64,000 nt of DNA from an uncultured delta proteobacterium (GCA_963737905.1 CAVTUQ010000039.1:82800-146799), one strand, 5' to 3'; shown: positions 18,666 to 28,432, counted from the stretch's first letter. Numbers and translations: made by a program. The notes: generated by a model from the letters alone, not told the origin.

Positions 18666-19904
18666 TTAGGATTTGGCTACCTCTTGCCTACGCCGATTGC
18701 AGATATCCAAAGCGGCCATCACATAAACCTTGGTACAATTGACCATGTTGTCAATGCCGACGCCCCGCCGCACTCCGCTTGGCGTATCCCACTCCGCCGG
18801 CGCCCTTGTCTCCGTTGGGTCAACCAGGTGGGTACCGAAACCGGGACCATAGGTGATGCTGGGAACACCATAAGCGGCGATCCGCGATCCGTCACTGGTG
18901 ATACCGTAGCGGATTGGTTTCGCATAGGGCACCGGCTTGCCGAAGACCGCCTTGTGCGCATTCGCCATGGCCTTAACTACATATTCGCTCTTGGAAATCT
19001 CATAGCCGTCCGTTGATAAATAAAGATCAACCCGTGTGTCGAGGATGTCACTCTCCCGTTTTTGCACCTTCGCGCAGACGGCCTCGATCTCGCGCTTGAT
19101 CTCCAGCGGCGGTGTCCCCGGCAAAATTTTTACGATGACGAAGATGTCCGTCGTTGGGCGGGTGCCCGGCTTGAACGGATTACCCCCTTCAATCGCGCCG
19201 ATCTGCACGGTAGGCAGCATAAATTTGTGGGTGTATTTGCGCTGATACTCTTTTTCCCAATCCTGGATCGCCTGGGCAACTTTAGTTGCCGCGAGCACGA
19301 ATTTGGTTGCCTTTCCGTCTACGCTCGCCCGCGCCCAAACCACGCCTGCGTTGCCGATCTGGAGCTGCAAGCCGGTGGGTTCGCCGATAATGCACATATC
19401 TGCCATCACGCCGTGATCCATCATGTGCCGCGCCCCGACGCCAGCGCCGCGGTAGGTCTTACCCTGGAATCTACCGATCTGAGCCTTTTCAATCTCGCCG
19501 ACCACGCCGGATATGATGAGATCGCCTTTGAGCTGAACATCTGCTTTTTGTATCGCCGATACCGCCTCGATATAGCAGGGAAACGCAGCCTTCATATTGA
19601 CCAGACCACGGCCGTAGATTCGGTCGTCTTCGACGACCGTCTCCTGCGGGTTGTCGAAATGATCCATATGAGCGCAAAACATTAGAGTTGCGCCGCCCCC
19701 GGTTCCCTTCAATCTTCCGATGACATTGGGTCGTCCCTCCTCCACTTCCTGATACTCGACCGCCATTCCCAGCCTTTCGAACTCGCTGCCAAGATATTCC
19801 GCAATTTCCCTCTCTTCCCCTGTGATGCTGACGATGTCAGCCACATTCCGGGCAAGCTCAACAATTCTTTGCCGATCCACCTGTTCAAGCACTTGGGGTT
19901 TCAT
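18666..19904 (-). CDS. M20/M25/M40 family metallo-hydrolase (ArgE/DapE-like), divergent
   Basis: RPNVIG, CAHMD, IYGRGLVNMK, IIGEPT, TSDG...GVPSITYGPG. Confidence 0.88.
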   Translation of the reverse strand: MKPQVLEQVDRQRIVELARNVADIVSITGEEREIAEYLGSEFERLGMAVEYQEVEEGRPNVIGRLKGTGGGATLMFCAHMDHFDNPQETVVEDDRIYGRGLVNMKAAFPCYIEAVSAIQKADVQLKGDLIISGVVGEIEKAQIGRFQGKTYRGAGVGARHMMDHGVMADMCIIGEPTGLQLQIGNAGVVWARASVDGKATKFVLAATKVAQAIQDWEKEYQRKYTHKFMLPTVQIGAIEGGNPFKPGTRPTTDIFVIVKILPGTPPLEIKREIEAVCAKVQKRESDILDTRVDLYLSTDGYEISKSEYVVKAMANAHKAVFGKPVPYAKPIRYGITSDGSRIAAYGVPSITYGPGFGTHLVDPTETRAPAEWDTPSGVRRGVGIDNMVNCTKVYVMAALDICNRRRQEVAKS

Positions 19905-20042
19905 TCTCTCTCCTCTCTACCTGTTGCAAAGTGTTCGCAGAGATTTTTCTGTAGCACACTCGCTTCAGTACTGACAAGAACGTGGCTGCTGGTTGGCGTG
20001 GCGGTTGACGGTCGCCGTCGATTCGCTTAGATTTGTACGTCG

Positions 20043-20615
20043 ATGATGATTGGATTGGATATCGATGGCGTATTGGCGGATTTTGTTTCCCCTTTTCTGC
20101 GGGTTTTGGAAGACCAGATAGGCTGTGCGCCGATAGACCCGCAAACTTACGTAGACCTCTATTTTTCCGGTCACGCCGGACTGTCCAAAGAGATCGTTAC
20201 CGAATGCGTGATGAAAGTTTCCAACGACCCGAAATTCTGGGAGGCGCTCGCGCCTCTCCCGTCGGTCGGCCAATGGCAGGCGTTGGACAGGCTCAGCCGC
20301 AAACAGAAACTGGTTTTTGTCACCCACCGCTACGAACGGGAGACCTACGACATCGGCCAAGTTACTTGCGATTGGCTCAAAAAACATGGGGTCGGCAATC
20401 CGGTGGTCTATTTCACGCAGAAGCACAAGTCTGAGCTGATCGGAAAATTGAAAGTTGAGCTGTTCGTCGATGATCGGCATGAAAACTGCCGAGACGTTGC
20501 GGAGAACACGGATGCCGTCGTGCTAATGCCCCACCGCTCTTATAATCAGTCTTTCAGTCATCCTCGGGTGCAACGAATTCAGGACCTGGATGAACTATTT
20601 CACTATATCGAATAG
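20043..20615 (+). CDS. HAD-superfamily 5'(3')-nucleotidase-like protein
   Basis: IGLDIDGVLADF, FVTHR, FVDDR, SYNQ. Confidence 0.88.
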   Translation: MMIGLDIDGVLADFVSPFLRVLEDQIGCAPIDPQTYVDLYFSGHAGLSKEIVTECVMKVSNDPKFWEALAPLPSVGQWQALDRLSRKQKLVFVTHRYERETYDIGQVTCDWLKKHGVGNPVVYFTQKHKSELIGKLKVELFVDDRHENCRDVAENTDAVVLMPHRSYNQSFSHPRVQRIQDLDELFHYIE

Positions 20616-20640
20616 TCACCGTGCGACCAAAACAAGCAGC

Positions 20641-20685
20641 AATGAACCTTTGAACGGCTTGAACGTATGGAACGATTTGAACTTC
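20641..20685 (+). repeat. Five imperfect tandem 9-bp units (consensus ttGAACnnn)
   Basis: aatgaacct ttgaacggc ttgaacgta tggaacgat ttgaacttc, intergenic. Confidence 0.75.
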
Positions 20686-20711
20686 TCGATGTGAAACCAA
20701 GGAGGTGAAAG

Positions 20712-21437
20712 ATGTATGGCTGGCGCGCAAAAATCGGTCATGTGGCTCCGTCACGCGGCGACACCCTGGTGTATGAGTTTTATAAGATGCTTCCCGAAGG
20801 ATTTATGCTCCTCAACAGCACCGGAACCATCCGGCAGCTCGTGGATGCGGACTTCGAGAGACAACTGCAAAGAATCGAAGAAGCGGCAGCCGATTTGGTT
20901 GATAACAAATGCGACGCGATCATCGTCGGCGGATCACCGCTGTTTACGAAACTCGGTTATGGCAGCGACGTTGACATGGGAAAAAAGCTCACGGCGAAAT
21001 ACGGGGTACCCATCTCGCCGGGGATCACCGGCGAGATCGAAGCGCTGAAATCACTGAACCTTAAGAAACTCGTCGTGGCCACTCCGCACGAAGAGTCGCT
21101 GAATCAAAGAATGAAGGCTTTTCTTGAGAATTCCGGTTTTCAAGTGCTTAAAATTGAAGGATATGGGGTGCGCAAGAATGCCGACCTGACCGACATGGAT
21201 GTCCATGCCGCGTACAAAATCGCCAAGCGTCTCTATCAGCAAGCACCCGAGGCCGACGGTGTTTTTATCCCCTGCCCCCGCTGGCCCACTATCACCGACG
21301 TAGATCTGCTGGAGATGGAAATCGGAAAGCCGGTCGTAACCAGCTGTCAATCTTACATCTGGCACGGGTTGCGAATGGCCAAGGTTAAGGAGAAGATCGG
21401 CGGCTTCGGCCGGCTAATGGCGTCATTGGCAAACTAA
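20712..21437 (+). CDS. Maleate isomerase / arylmalonate decarboxylase family (Asp/Glu racemase superfamily)
   Basis: MYGWRAKIG..PS, ATPH, DGVFIPC, GKPVVTS; RBS AAGGAGG. Confidence 0.88.
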   Translation: MYGWRAKIGHVAPSRGDTLVYEFYKMLPEGFMLLNSTGTIRQLVDADFERQLQRIEEAAADLVDNKCDAIIVGGSPLFTKLGYGSDVDMGKKLTAKYGVPISPGITGEIEALKSLNLKKLVVATPHEESLNQRMKAFLENSGFQVLKIEGYGVRKNADLTDMDVHAAYKIAKRLYQQAPEADGVFIPCPRWPTITDVDLLEMEIGKPVVTSCQSYIWHGLRMAKVKEKIGGFGRLMASLAN

Positions 21438-21557
21438 CACACGGGCTTATTTGCCCCTGCCGCCGAAAACATTTTTCCACAGATCGGCACGCAGAGGTCC
21501 CTGGCTGAGACGCTGCTCAACCTTCGGGTGAACCCTATGCTGGTTCGGACTGAAGAG

Positions 21558-21881
21558 TTACTTGTCGAATGCGGACTTCAGGATCGGCTCGAGTTCGCCG
21601 CGCTCGTGAAGCTCGTGAACTATGTCGCAGCCGCCGACGAATTTTCCGTCAATATAGACCTGCGGAATCGTCGGCCACTTCGAGTAGCGTTTGATCCCGT
21701 CTCTAAGAGCTGGGTCCGCTAAAACGTCTTCAGTCGCGAACGGGACACCGTAGGATTTTAGTATCTCGACGGTATGTGCTGAAAAGCCGCACTGGGGAAA
21801 TTCCGGGGTGCCCTTCATGTAAAGCATCACCTTGTTCTTTTTCACTTTTTCATCGATCTGCGTCAAAACTTCATCTGCCAT
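21558..21881 (-). CDS. grxD: Monothiol glutaredoxin Grx4
   Basis: MLYMKGTPEFPQCGFS, WPTIPQVYIDGKFVGGCD. Confidence 0.97.
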   Translation of the reverse strand: MADEVLTQIDEKVKKNKVMLYMKGTPEFPQCGFSAHTVEILKSYGVPFATEDVLADPALRDGIKRYSKWPTIPQVYIDGKFVGGCDIVHELHERGELEPILKSAFDK

Positions 21882-21905
21882 TTGAGTTCTCCTTCTTAAT
21901 AAGCC

Positions 21906-22160
21906 TTAGGAACCCAACTTCTCCCACTGCGCGGGTGAAAAAGTCTTCAACGCCAGCGCATGGATACGTTGGTCGTCCATCGCTTCCTTGAGGGCCTCGT
22001 TCACCATCCGATGCTGCTCGAGCAATCCCTTACCCTCGAAAGCCGGAGAGACAATGATCACTTGCCAATGGTCACCGCCGCCGGTCAAATCCTGCGTTTC
22101 GACGGTCGATCCCGGAAGCGCCTTTGCCAGTGTTTGCTTGATTTCCTCTGGGCTAATCAT
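21906..22160 (-). CDS. bolA: BolA/IbaG family protein
   Basis: GGGDHWQVIIVSPAFEGKGLLEQHRMVNEAL...IHALALKT; adjacent to grxD. Confidence 0.93.
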   Translation of the reverse strand: MISPEEIKQTLAKALPGSTVETQDLTGGGDHWQVIIVSPAFEGKGLLEQHRMVNEALKEAMDDQRIHALALKTFSPAQWEKLGS

Positions 22161-22206
22161 GACAAAATTCTACAGACTTAAAGATACCGTTTCAAGCACA
22201 AAAATA

Positions 22207-22716
22207 CTACTCGCGCCTGGCCTGCGGATCGAAGTCAGGGCGGACCTTTTGCATCATCTCGCGGAGGTCTTTGCGCAACTCATCCAACGTCGGCCGACCG
22301 ACATACCAGTAACCACAGTAGAGATTATGCACGGTCCGATCCGGCATGAGGGAGAAGGTATAAGGAATGGCCGTAACACCCCGCGTCTTGGAGGTCTCGG
22401 TCATATCTAATTGCTGAACCACCTTGCGCTCCTGATCGCTGAGGAATGGAAACTCGGCGCCCAAACCGGTTCTGAACGCGGCATTCACTTCGGGCGAATC
22501 GACGCTGACGACGGCAAGCTTGCAGTAATTGATGGCGAGTTCTTCTTGAAGTTCCACGTAATGGCGCAACTGCACCTGACATTTCCCTCACCAGTAGCCG
22601 CGGTAGAATGACAGGATGAAGGGAAATTTTCCAATCAGTTCGGAAAGCTTAGTCGGCTGGCCGTCTTGATCGGGAAGCTCGATATCCGGGAAACGTTGTC
22701 CAATACTTTGATTCAT
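22207..22716 (-). CDS. Peroxiredoxin-like (AhpC/TSA/redoxin) selenoprotein, Sec at codon 43
   Basis: From ATG 22716: MNQSIGQRFPDIELPDQDGQPTKLSELIGKFPFILSFYRGYW-[TGA 22588-22590]-GKCQVQLRHY, in frame with track ORF 22207-22575. The TGA sits at the Cys of the FYRGxWCxxC motif. Confidence 0.85.
22557..22587 (-). promoter_or_regulatory. Candidate bacterial SECIS element
   Basis: After UGA the RNA reads GGGAAAUGUCAGGUGC-AGUU-GCGCCAUU. The stem is GGUGC/GCGCC; the apical loop AGUU has G in position 2 and starts 16 nt after UGA. Confidence 0.55.
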
Positions 22717-22786
22717 GGGCTTACCCTTTCTGAAAGATCGCGCAGGTCAATCAAGCGACAATATTTACAGAATAAACACTCGCCCG

Positions 22787-23530
22787 TCAATGCGTGCGCT
22801 TTAGCCAATCTCGGGCCTCCAACGATTGCCCCGTAACCGTCGCGGAATCATCCGAGGCCAGATAGACGAAGACGGGCACAATATCGTCCGGAGTTACCAA
22901 GGCTAGCGGATCCTCTTCGGGATAGGCGAGGGCGCGCATCTCGGTCCTGGTAGGGCCCGGATTGACTGAATTCACCCGGATGCCGAATTCGCGGACCTCG
23001 TCCGCAAGCACTTGCGTCAAACCTTCCACCCCGAATTTGGAGGCGGCGTAAGCACCCCAACGGGCCTTGCCCACGCGTCCGACACCGGACGAGACATTAA
23101 TAATCGACCCGCTTCGCTGGGGCATCATGATTTTCAGCGTTTCTCTAATCATGAGGAACGATCCGGTGAGGTTGACTCGCACGACGTCCTCCCAGGCTGA
23201 AACCGGATACTCGGCGACGGGTACACGAGGCCCGAGCAGGCTAGCATTATTCACGAGCGCATCGAGTTTGCCGAATTGTTCCAGCGCTGCTTGCACGATC
23301 GCCTTCGCTTGCGCCGCGTCGCCTTTATCGCCAACGCGACCATGAGCCTCCCCACCGATGGAACGAATGTGAGTGATCGCATGATTAAGATCGGCAGCGC
23401 CGCGGGCGCAAATAAACACGCGGGCTCCCTCGCGCGCATACGCGATGGCGACCGCTTTGCCGATTCCACGGCTGCCGCCGGTGATCAACGCGACCTTCCC
23501 ACTTAATTTTTGTTCTCCCTTGCTTGCCAT
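22787..23530 (-). CDS. SDR family NAD(P)-dependent oxidoreductase (YciK-like)
   Basis: TGGSRGIG, NNAS, YAASK, VNPGPTRTEMRA.AYP.ED. Confidence 0.93.
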   Translation of the reverse strand: MASKGEQKLSGKVALITGGSRGIGKAVAIAYAREGARVFICARGAADLNHAITHIRSIGGEAHGRVGDKGDAAQAKAIVQAALEQFGKLDALVNNASLLGPRVPVAEYPVSAWEDVVRVNLTGSFLMIRETLKIMMPQRSGSIINVSSGVGRVGKARWGAYAASKFGVEGLTQVLADEVREFGIRVNSVNPGPTRTEMRALAYPEEDPLALVTPDDIVPVFVYLASDDSATVTGQSLEARDWLKRTH

Positions 23531-23571
23531 TTCCTAAACGCTATCACATAGTTATCGGATTGGCGAAACCG

Positions 23572-24528
23572 ATGAAAAGTTACCAGAGACTCCTCATCTT
23601 TGTGCTGCTCGTGCTCGCTCTCACCGCTTTAGTCAGCCCCTGGGCGGCTACCGCCTGGGACCTGATGTCCGGCGCCGATTCTGTAGCACGGCAGGACCGC
23701 ATTCCCTTTTCGCGTATCTTCAACCGATTTTTCATGGTCTCCGGTGTTCTATTGTTCTTCGCCTACCGGCCGCTGCTCAAGATCGAATCACCGTCTCAAT
23801 TAGGCCTTGCGCCGAGAACAAGGGCTGTGCACGATATCTCCATCGGCCTCTCCTTCGCTCTCGGATCCATGCTGGCCTTGGGCTTCATTATGTCACTGGC
23901 TGGAGTCTATCAGCCCTTTTTTCGCCTGTCCCTGAGCGCATCGGTGGAGCAGTGCGTGCAAGCGTTACTCACTGCGTTCAGCGTCGGCTTTTTGGAAGAA
24001 ATCTTTTTTCGCGGTATTATTTTCCGCGGGCTGCTGGAAGATTGGAAGCCGCTGCCCGCTTTTCTGGTCGCAAATTTGTTCTACTCGGCGTTACATTTCG
24101 TCAAGCCGGGAGAAGAATATTTTCTGTCGGGGATCGATCCTTGGGCCGGTGTCCGTCACTTGTTTTCCACCTTCGCGCCGTTTCTCGAACCCGCAGAGAT
24201 CGCTCCAGGAATGATCGGTCTCTTGCTGATCGGGATCGTGCTGAGCTACGCCTTCCTTCGCACCGGCACCCTGTATCTATCCATCGGGCTCCATGCGGGC
24301 TGGATCATCAGCATCAAGACGGTCCGCGTTTTCGGCGATTACCAGAGGGAAAACCTGGGTTGGCTGTTTGGCTCCACCGATCCAAAAATAGTCAGCGGCG
24401 TAATGACTTGGGTCGGCATCGTGCTGGTGGGCGTCGCGGTCCATTGGACCACCCGGAATCGTGCCGGCCTCCGCGTCCCAAATAAGACCGGAAAACTGAC
24501 TGCCGCACGAGAAGTAGCAGACGCCTAG
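23572..24528 (+). CDS. CPBP family (CAAX protease-like) intramembrane glutamic endopeptidase
   Basis: EEIFFRG, FYSALHF, SIGLHAGW and multiple TM helices. ATG at 23572 preferred. Confidence 0.9.
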   Translation: MKSYQRLLIFVLLVLALTALVSPWAATAWDLMSGADSVARQDRIPFSRIFNRFFMVSGVLLFFAYRPLLKIESPSQLGLAPRTRAVHDISIGLSFALGSMLALGFIMSLAGVYQPFFRLSLSASVEQCVQALLTAFSVGFLEEIFFRGIIFRGLLEDWKPLPAFLVANLFYSALHFVKPGEEYFLSGIDPWAGVRHLFSTFAPFLEPAEIAPGMIGLLLIGIVLSYAFLRTGTLYLSIGLHAGWIISIKTVRVFGDYQRENLGWLFGSTDPKIVSGVMTWVGIVLVGVAVHWTTRNRAGLRVPNKTGKLTAAREVADA

Positions 24529-24561
24529 CCTGGTCTGTCACGCTGTGGCTAGAAATTCAGC

Positions 24562-25653
24562 TCAATCGTCGCCCACGAGAACACATTGATCCGGATGCGC
24601 AAGAGCAAAAACCCGTTGGCCTTTCTCAAATTGCCGCGAAGGAGAAGTGACAATGCGCAGGGATACCGGCGGGAGAGCCAGCGCCACCGTGTAGTCCACC
24701 GCATCACCGAAGTAAATGCGTCGCTCGAGGACTCCAGAAAACAAATTAAACCCTTTGCTCGCCAGTTCCCGCGCCTCCGACTCGTCTGCGGTCAGGAGAA
24801 AATTGTGGGGGCGGATACATACCGACATCTTGCCAGATGCGGTTGAATGGGAGCCATTGGCGATTGTGATCTGGAGGTCCGGTCCCAAAGATAGGGTATT
24901 CCCCCCCTCGAGCCGGCCCGATAAAATATTCGTTTTACCGATAAACTCCGCCACAAAGCGGGTTCGCGGTTGATCGAAGATCTCACTCGGGGTGCCAACC
25001 TGCACCATTCGCCCCTTGTTTAGGACAACGATACGATCCGATGTCACCATCGCCTCGGCTTGATCGTGGGTCACATAGATCGTCGTAATACCAAATTCCT
25101 CGTGCAACCGGCGAATCTCGAAACGCATCTCCTCACGAAGATTCGCGTCAAGATTGCTCAGTGGCTCGTCCAAAAGAAGGATCTGCGGCTCCACGACCAA
25201 GGCCCGCGCCAGGGCGACGCGTTGCTGCTGGCCGCCGGAAAGCTCGGCGGGATAGCGCGCTTTCAACGCCTCCAGATGCACCACGCGGAGCAAACGCTCG
25301 GTCTTTTCATCGATTTCCCGGCTGGTGAGTTTCTTGAACTTGAGGCCGTAGGCGACGTTCTGAAACACCGTCATATGCGGCCATATGGCGTAGCTCTGAA
25401 AGATCATCGACATATTGCGGCGCTCGGGGGGAATCAAAGTCGAAGCGGATGAAATGACTTGGTCGTTGACGCGAATTTCCCCCGCGTCCGGTTGGAGAAA
25501 GCCGGCCACCAGCCGTAGCGTCGTCGTCTTCCCGCAGCCGGACGGCCCCAGAAGCGAGACGAATTCGCCGTCTTTGATCTCCAAGCGCAGATCATCCACG
25601 GCGGCCATGCCGGTAAATTTCTTCGTCAGACCGTGGAAGGATACGCTGGCCAT
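24562..25653 (-). CDS. ABC transporter ATP-binding protein (Fe3+/polyamine type, TOBE domain)
   Basis: GPSGCGKTT, LSGGQQQRVALARAL, LLDEPLSNLD. Confidence 0.95.
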   Translation of the reverse strand: MASVSFHGLTKKFTGMAAVDDLRLEIKDGEFVSLLGPSGCGKTTTLRLVAGFLQPDAGEIRVNDQVISSASTLIPPERRNMSMIFQSYAIWPHMTVFQNVAYGLKFKKLTSREIDEKTERLLRVVHLEALKARYPAELSGGQQQRVALARALVVEPQILLLDEPLSNLDANLREEMRFEIRRLHEEFGITTIYVTHDQAEAMVTSDRIVVLNKGRMVQVGTPSEIFDQPRTRFVAEFIGKTNILSGRLEGGNTLSLGPDLQITIANGSHSTASGKMSVCIRPHNFLLTADESEARELASKGFNLFSGVLERRIYFGDAVDYTVALALPPVSLRIVTSPSRQFEKGQRVFALAHPDQCVLVGDD

Positions 25654-25656
25654 GCG

Positions 25657-27384
25657 CTACTCTCGCGTCGCCACCACTTCTCGCCCCGCGAACCATTGCA
25701 TGGCCACAACCACCGCAAAAGAAACGGCCAACAAAAGAATGCCCAAGACCGAGATCACTCCGACCTGCCCTTCCTCTTTGAGATCGAAGATCACCACGGA
25801 GACCACCTTGGATGCCGGCGCGAACAGCAGAATCGAGGCACTGAGCTCACGAATCACCCCGATGAAGATGAACGACCAGGCGGCGATCAGGCCGGAACGC
25901 GCCAGCGGCGCGGTCACGTCCTTCAGGACTAGCAGCCGGTTGGCGCCGATAATCCGGCTCGCGTCTTCCAGCTCCGGGTGAATGCTTTTGAACGTGGACT
26001 CCGCCTGGGAAAAGCCGATGGGCATCTCTTTAGTCAAGTAGGCGACGAAAAGAATCCAAATGGTTCCGTAAAGCACCAAGGGCGGCCGCGTGTACGCAAT
26101 GAACAAACCCACCGCCAGAACGATGCCCGGAATCACCAGCGGTGCCAGCGCGAAGAAACTCAGATAACGCGCGCCCCTGAAGAGATTGCGGTTGGTGATG
26201 TAAGCGATGAGGGTCGCCAGCAGAGTGCCGAGGGTGGCGGTCAGAATCCCTAGCTTGAAAGTATTGTAGATCGCCCGCTGGGTGTCGCCGTACTCAAAAA
26301 AGGCGAAGGAAAAATTCTTAAAGGTAAAATTGTCCCACGTCAAGGGCATCGCCCAGGCCTTGGACAGCGCTGCTTTCAATAAAATCCAGTAGGGCAGAAA
26401 GACCGACAGCGACAGTATACCGAGCAACAGCAGCAGCAACGGCACCCGCCCGCAACCCAAGCGAATCAAGCGCTTCTGGCCGCCCTTGCCACCCACGGTG
26501 CTGAAACCACGCCGCCCGAGAATTTTCTTTTGCAAGGCGATCAATACCATCGTCGCCAGGAGAAGCGGCACAGAGAACGCTGCGGCCATATCCAGGCGAG
26601 GCGGATATTGAAACAGCGCCCAGATCTGCGTGGTGATGGTGTGGATGCCTGCAGGCAAGCCCAGAATCGCCGGCGCGCCGAACAACGATAGCGAGTGCAG
26701 AAAGGCGAGGATGAATCCACCGATCAACGCTGGCAGCGCCAATGGCATCGTCACCGTCCAGGCGGTCTGCCACTTGTTCGCGCCGAGGATCTCCGCGGCG
26801 TCTTCCAAATCCGATGAGATCAGCTCGCAGACGTTGGCGACCATCGAAAACACATAAGGAAAACTATAGAGGGCCATGACGAAGATCAGCCCCGGCATCG
26901 TGAAAATGTTAAAGAGTGCGTCTTCCGATCCCGTTACAGAACGGTAAAACTTGTTGAGCGCTCCGGCATTCGGCCCGGCCAGCAAGGTCCAAGCAAATGC
27001 GCCCAAAAACGGCGGCGTCACGAAGGAAGCCATCACCAGCGCCCGGATCGGCTTTTTCCAAGGTAGATCGGTCCGCGTCACCAGCCAGGCGAACAGAGTG
27101 CCGACGGCGACGGCGATCACACCGACCCAGAACGAGATCACGACTGTATTCCAGATGGCTTTTAGAAAAGCGGCGTTGGTGAAGACCTCGAGGTAACGCC
27201 CCAGGCTGAAGCCGGTCTCATCCCACAGGCTGGCGCGAAAGATCGCCCCCAGAGGCAAAACCATCAGAAACACGAGCAATAGCGCCGCGGCAATCCACAC
27301 CGGCAAGGTGGTATCCCACCGTTGCAGAACAGCCCAACTTGCCGCCGGTGCGCGCCCTACCGCGTCCGTAGTCGAAGCAGGCAT
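25657..27384 (-). CDS. ABC transporter permease (FbpB-like, duplicated TM domains)
   Basis: Two EAA motifs (LEDAAEILGA, LEDASRIIGA); 575 aa, hydrophobic. Confidence 0.93.
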   Translation of the reverse strand: MPASTTDAVGRAPAASWAVLQRWDTTLPVWIAAALLLVFLMVLPLGAIFRASLWDETGFSLGRYLEVFTNAAFLKAIWNTVVISFWVGVIAVAVGTLFAWLVTRTDLPWKKPIRALVMASFVTPPFLGAFAWTLLAGPNAGALNKFYRSVTGSEDALFNIFTMPGLIFVMALYSFPYVFSMVANVCELISSDLEDAAEILGANKWQTAWTVTMPLALPALIGGFILAFLHSLSLFGAPAILGLPAGIHTITTQIWALFQYPPRLDMAAAFSVPLLLATMVLIALQKKILGRRGFSTVGGKGGQKRLIRLGCGRVPLLLLLLGILSLSVFLPYWILLKAALSKAWAMPLTWDNFTFKNFSFAFFEYGDTQRAIYNTFKLGILTATLGTLLATLIAYITNRNLFRGARYLSFFALAPLVIPGIVLAVGLFIAYTRPPLVLYGTIWILFVAYLTKEMPIGFSQAESTFKSIHPELEDASRIIGANRLLVLKDVTAPLARSGLIAAWSFIFIGVIRELSASILLFAPASKVVSVVIFDLKEEGQVGVISVLGILLLAVSFAVVVAMQWFAGREVVATRE

Positions 27385-27407
27385 AGAGTCTATTTATGGG
27401 CTTTCTA

Positions 27408-28427
27408 TTAGGCGCCGAAAAATTCAACGAAGCGTTTCTTGATTTCCGCGTTACGCTTCTCGAGCTCGTCGGGATCGGCCGAGAGAAGTTTTAAATCTTT
27501 GAGCTTGGGTTTATCGGCCGGATAGGTGACTTCGGGATGGCCCGTATAGAGTCCTTCCTTGTCGGCCAAAAGTTGCTGCGACTCTTTGGCAAAAATAAAT
27601 TCGGTGAAAAGCTTCGCCGCGTTTGGATGGGGTGCGTTTTTGGCGATGGCAACAGGCGAGACCACCAAAGGGATTCCTTCTTTGGGATAGACGATCTTGA
27701 TGGGATTTCCTTGCTTAAGGGTTTTGTAATAAAAGTACTCTGCACCGTTTACGCCTACCGGCCGTTCTCCCGAAGCCACAATACCCGCGGGATCATTGGC
27801 GGACTGGACCAGATGAAGTTTGTTTTTTGCCAGATCGCGGAAGTATTCCCAGCCATAGACGTTCACGAGCGCCAACACATGAGTCATGATGATGCCGCTA
27901 TAACCGGGATGGGCGCTGACCTCCTTGCCGCTCCACTTCGAATTCAGCAGGTCCTTCCAGGTGGCAGGCGCATCCTTCTCCGCGACAATTTTGGGGTTGT
28001 AGGCGATCACGGACAAGGTGGCTCTCATGCCGAAGTAAAAGCCGTTCTTGTCCTTGAAACCGGCCGGAAAGCTCTCGACTCCCTTGGGAGTATATTGCAA
28101 GAGCAATCCTTTCTCCTTGAGCAGCACAAAATGACCGGCATCAGAAGTGTGTATCAAATCGACATTCTTGATACCTGCCGCTGCCTCCTGCATGACCCGC
28201 TGCAAAACTCGCTGCGACCCCGTGCGATGAACTTCCACTTCAATTCCCTTGTATTTGTTTTGGAAATAGTGGGCGATCGCGGTGGAAGAAGGAAGGGCCA
28301 ATGAAGTGTACCAGACTACCTTGGCTTCCTTGCCCGCCGCCTGAATCATGGCGGCATCCTGGGCGAAGGCCGCAGCGGCGGTGGCAACCGAGAGCGTGAA
28401 CAATAAAAAGGTGAGACTCTTTTTCAT
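27408..28427 (-). CDS. ABC transporter substrate-binding protein (Fe3+/AfuA-like family)
   Basis: Signal peptide, VVWYTS, IAYN...P.TWKDLL, APHPNAAKLF. Confidence 0.92.
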   Translation of the reverse strand: MKKSLTFLLFTLSVATAAAAFAQDAAMIQAAGKEAKVVWYTSLALPSSTAIAHYFQNKYKGIEVEVHRTGSQRVLQRVMQEAAAGIKNVDLIHTSDAGHFVLLKEKGLLLQYTPKGVESFPAGFKDKNGFYFGMRATLSVIAYNPKIVAEKDAPATWKDLLNSKWSGKEVSAHPGYSGIIMTHVLALVNVYGWEYFRDLAKNKLHLVQSANDPAGIVASGERPVGVNGAEYFYYKTLKQGNPIKIVYPKEGIPLVVSPVAIAKNAPHPNAAKLFTEFIFAKESQQLLADKEGLYTGHPEVTYPADKPKLKDLKLLSADPDELEKRNAEIKKRFVEFFGA

Positions 28428-28432
28428 GTTTA

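Noticed and set aside
20641-20685. CRISPR-like array
   Set aside because: The units are 9 bp with no spacers, and there are no cas genes. No 23-47 bp repeat-spacer pattern was seen anywhere in the window.
22588-22590. TGA as a nonsense mutation making the redoxin a pseudogene
   Set aside because: It falls exactly on the catalytic Cys column, both flanks are intact, and a SECIS-like hairpin follows. Selenocysteine is the simpler explanation.
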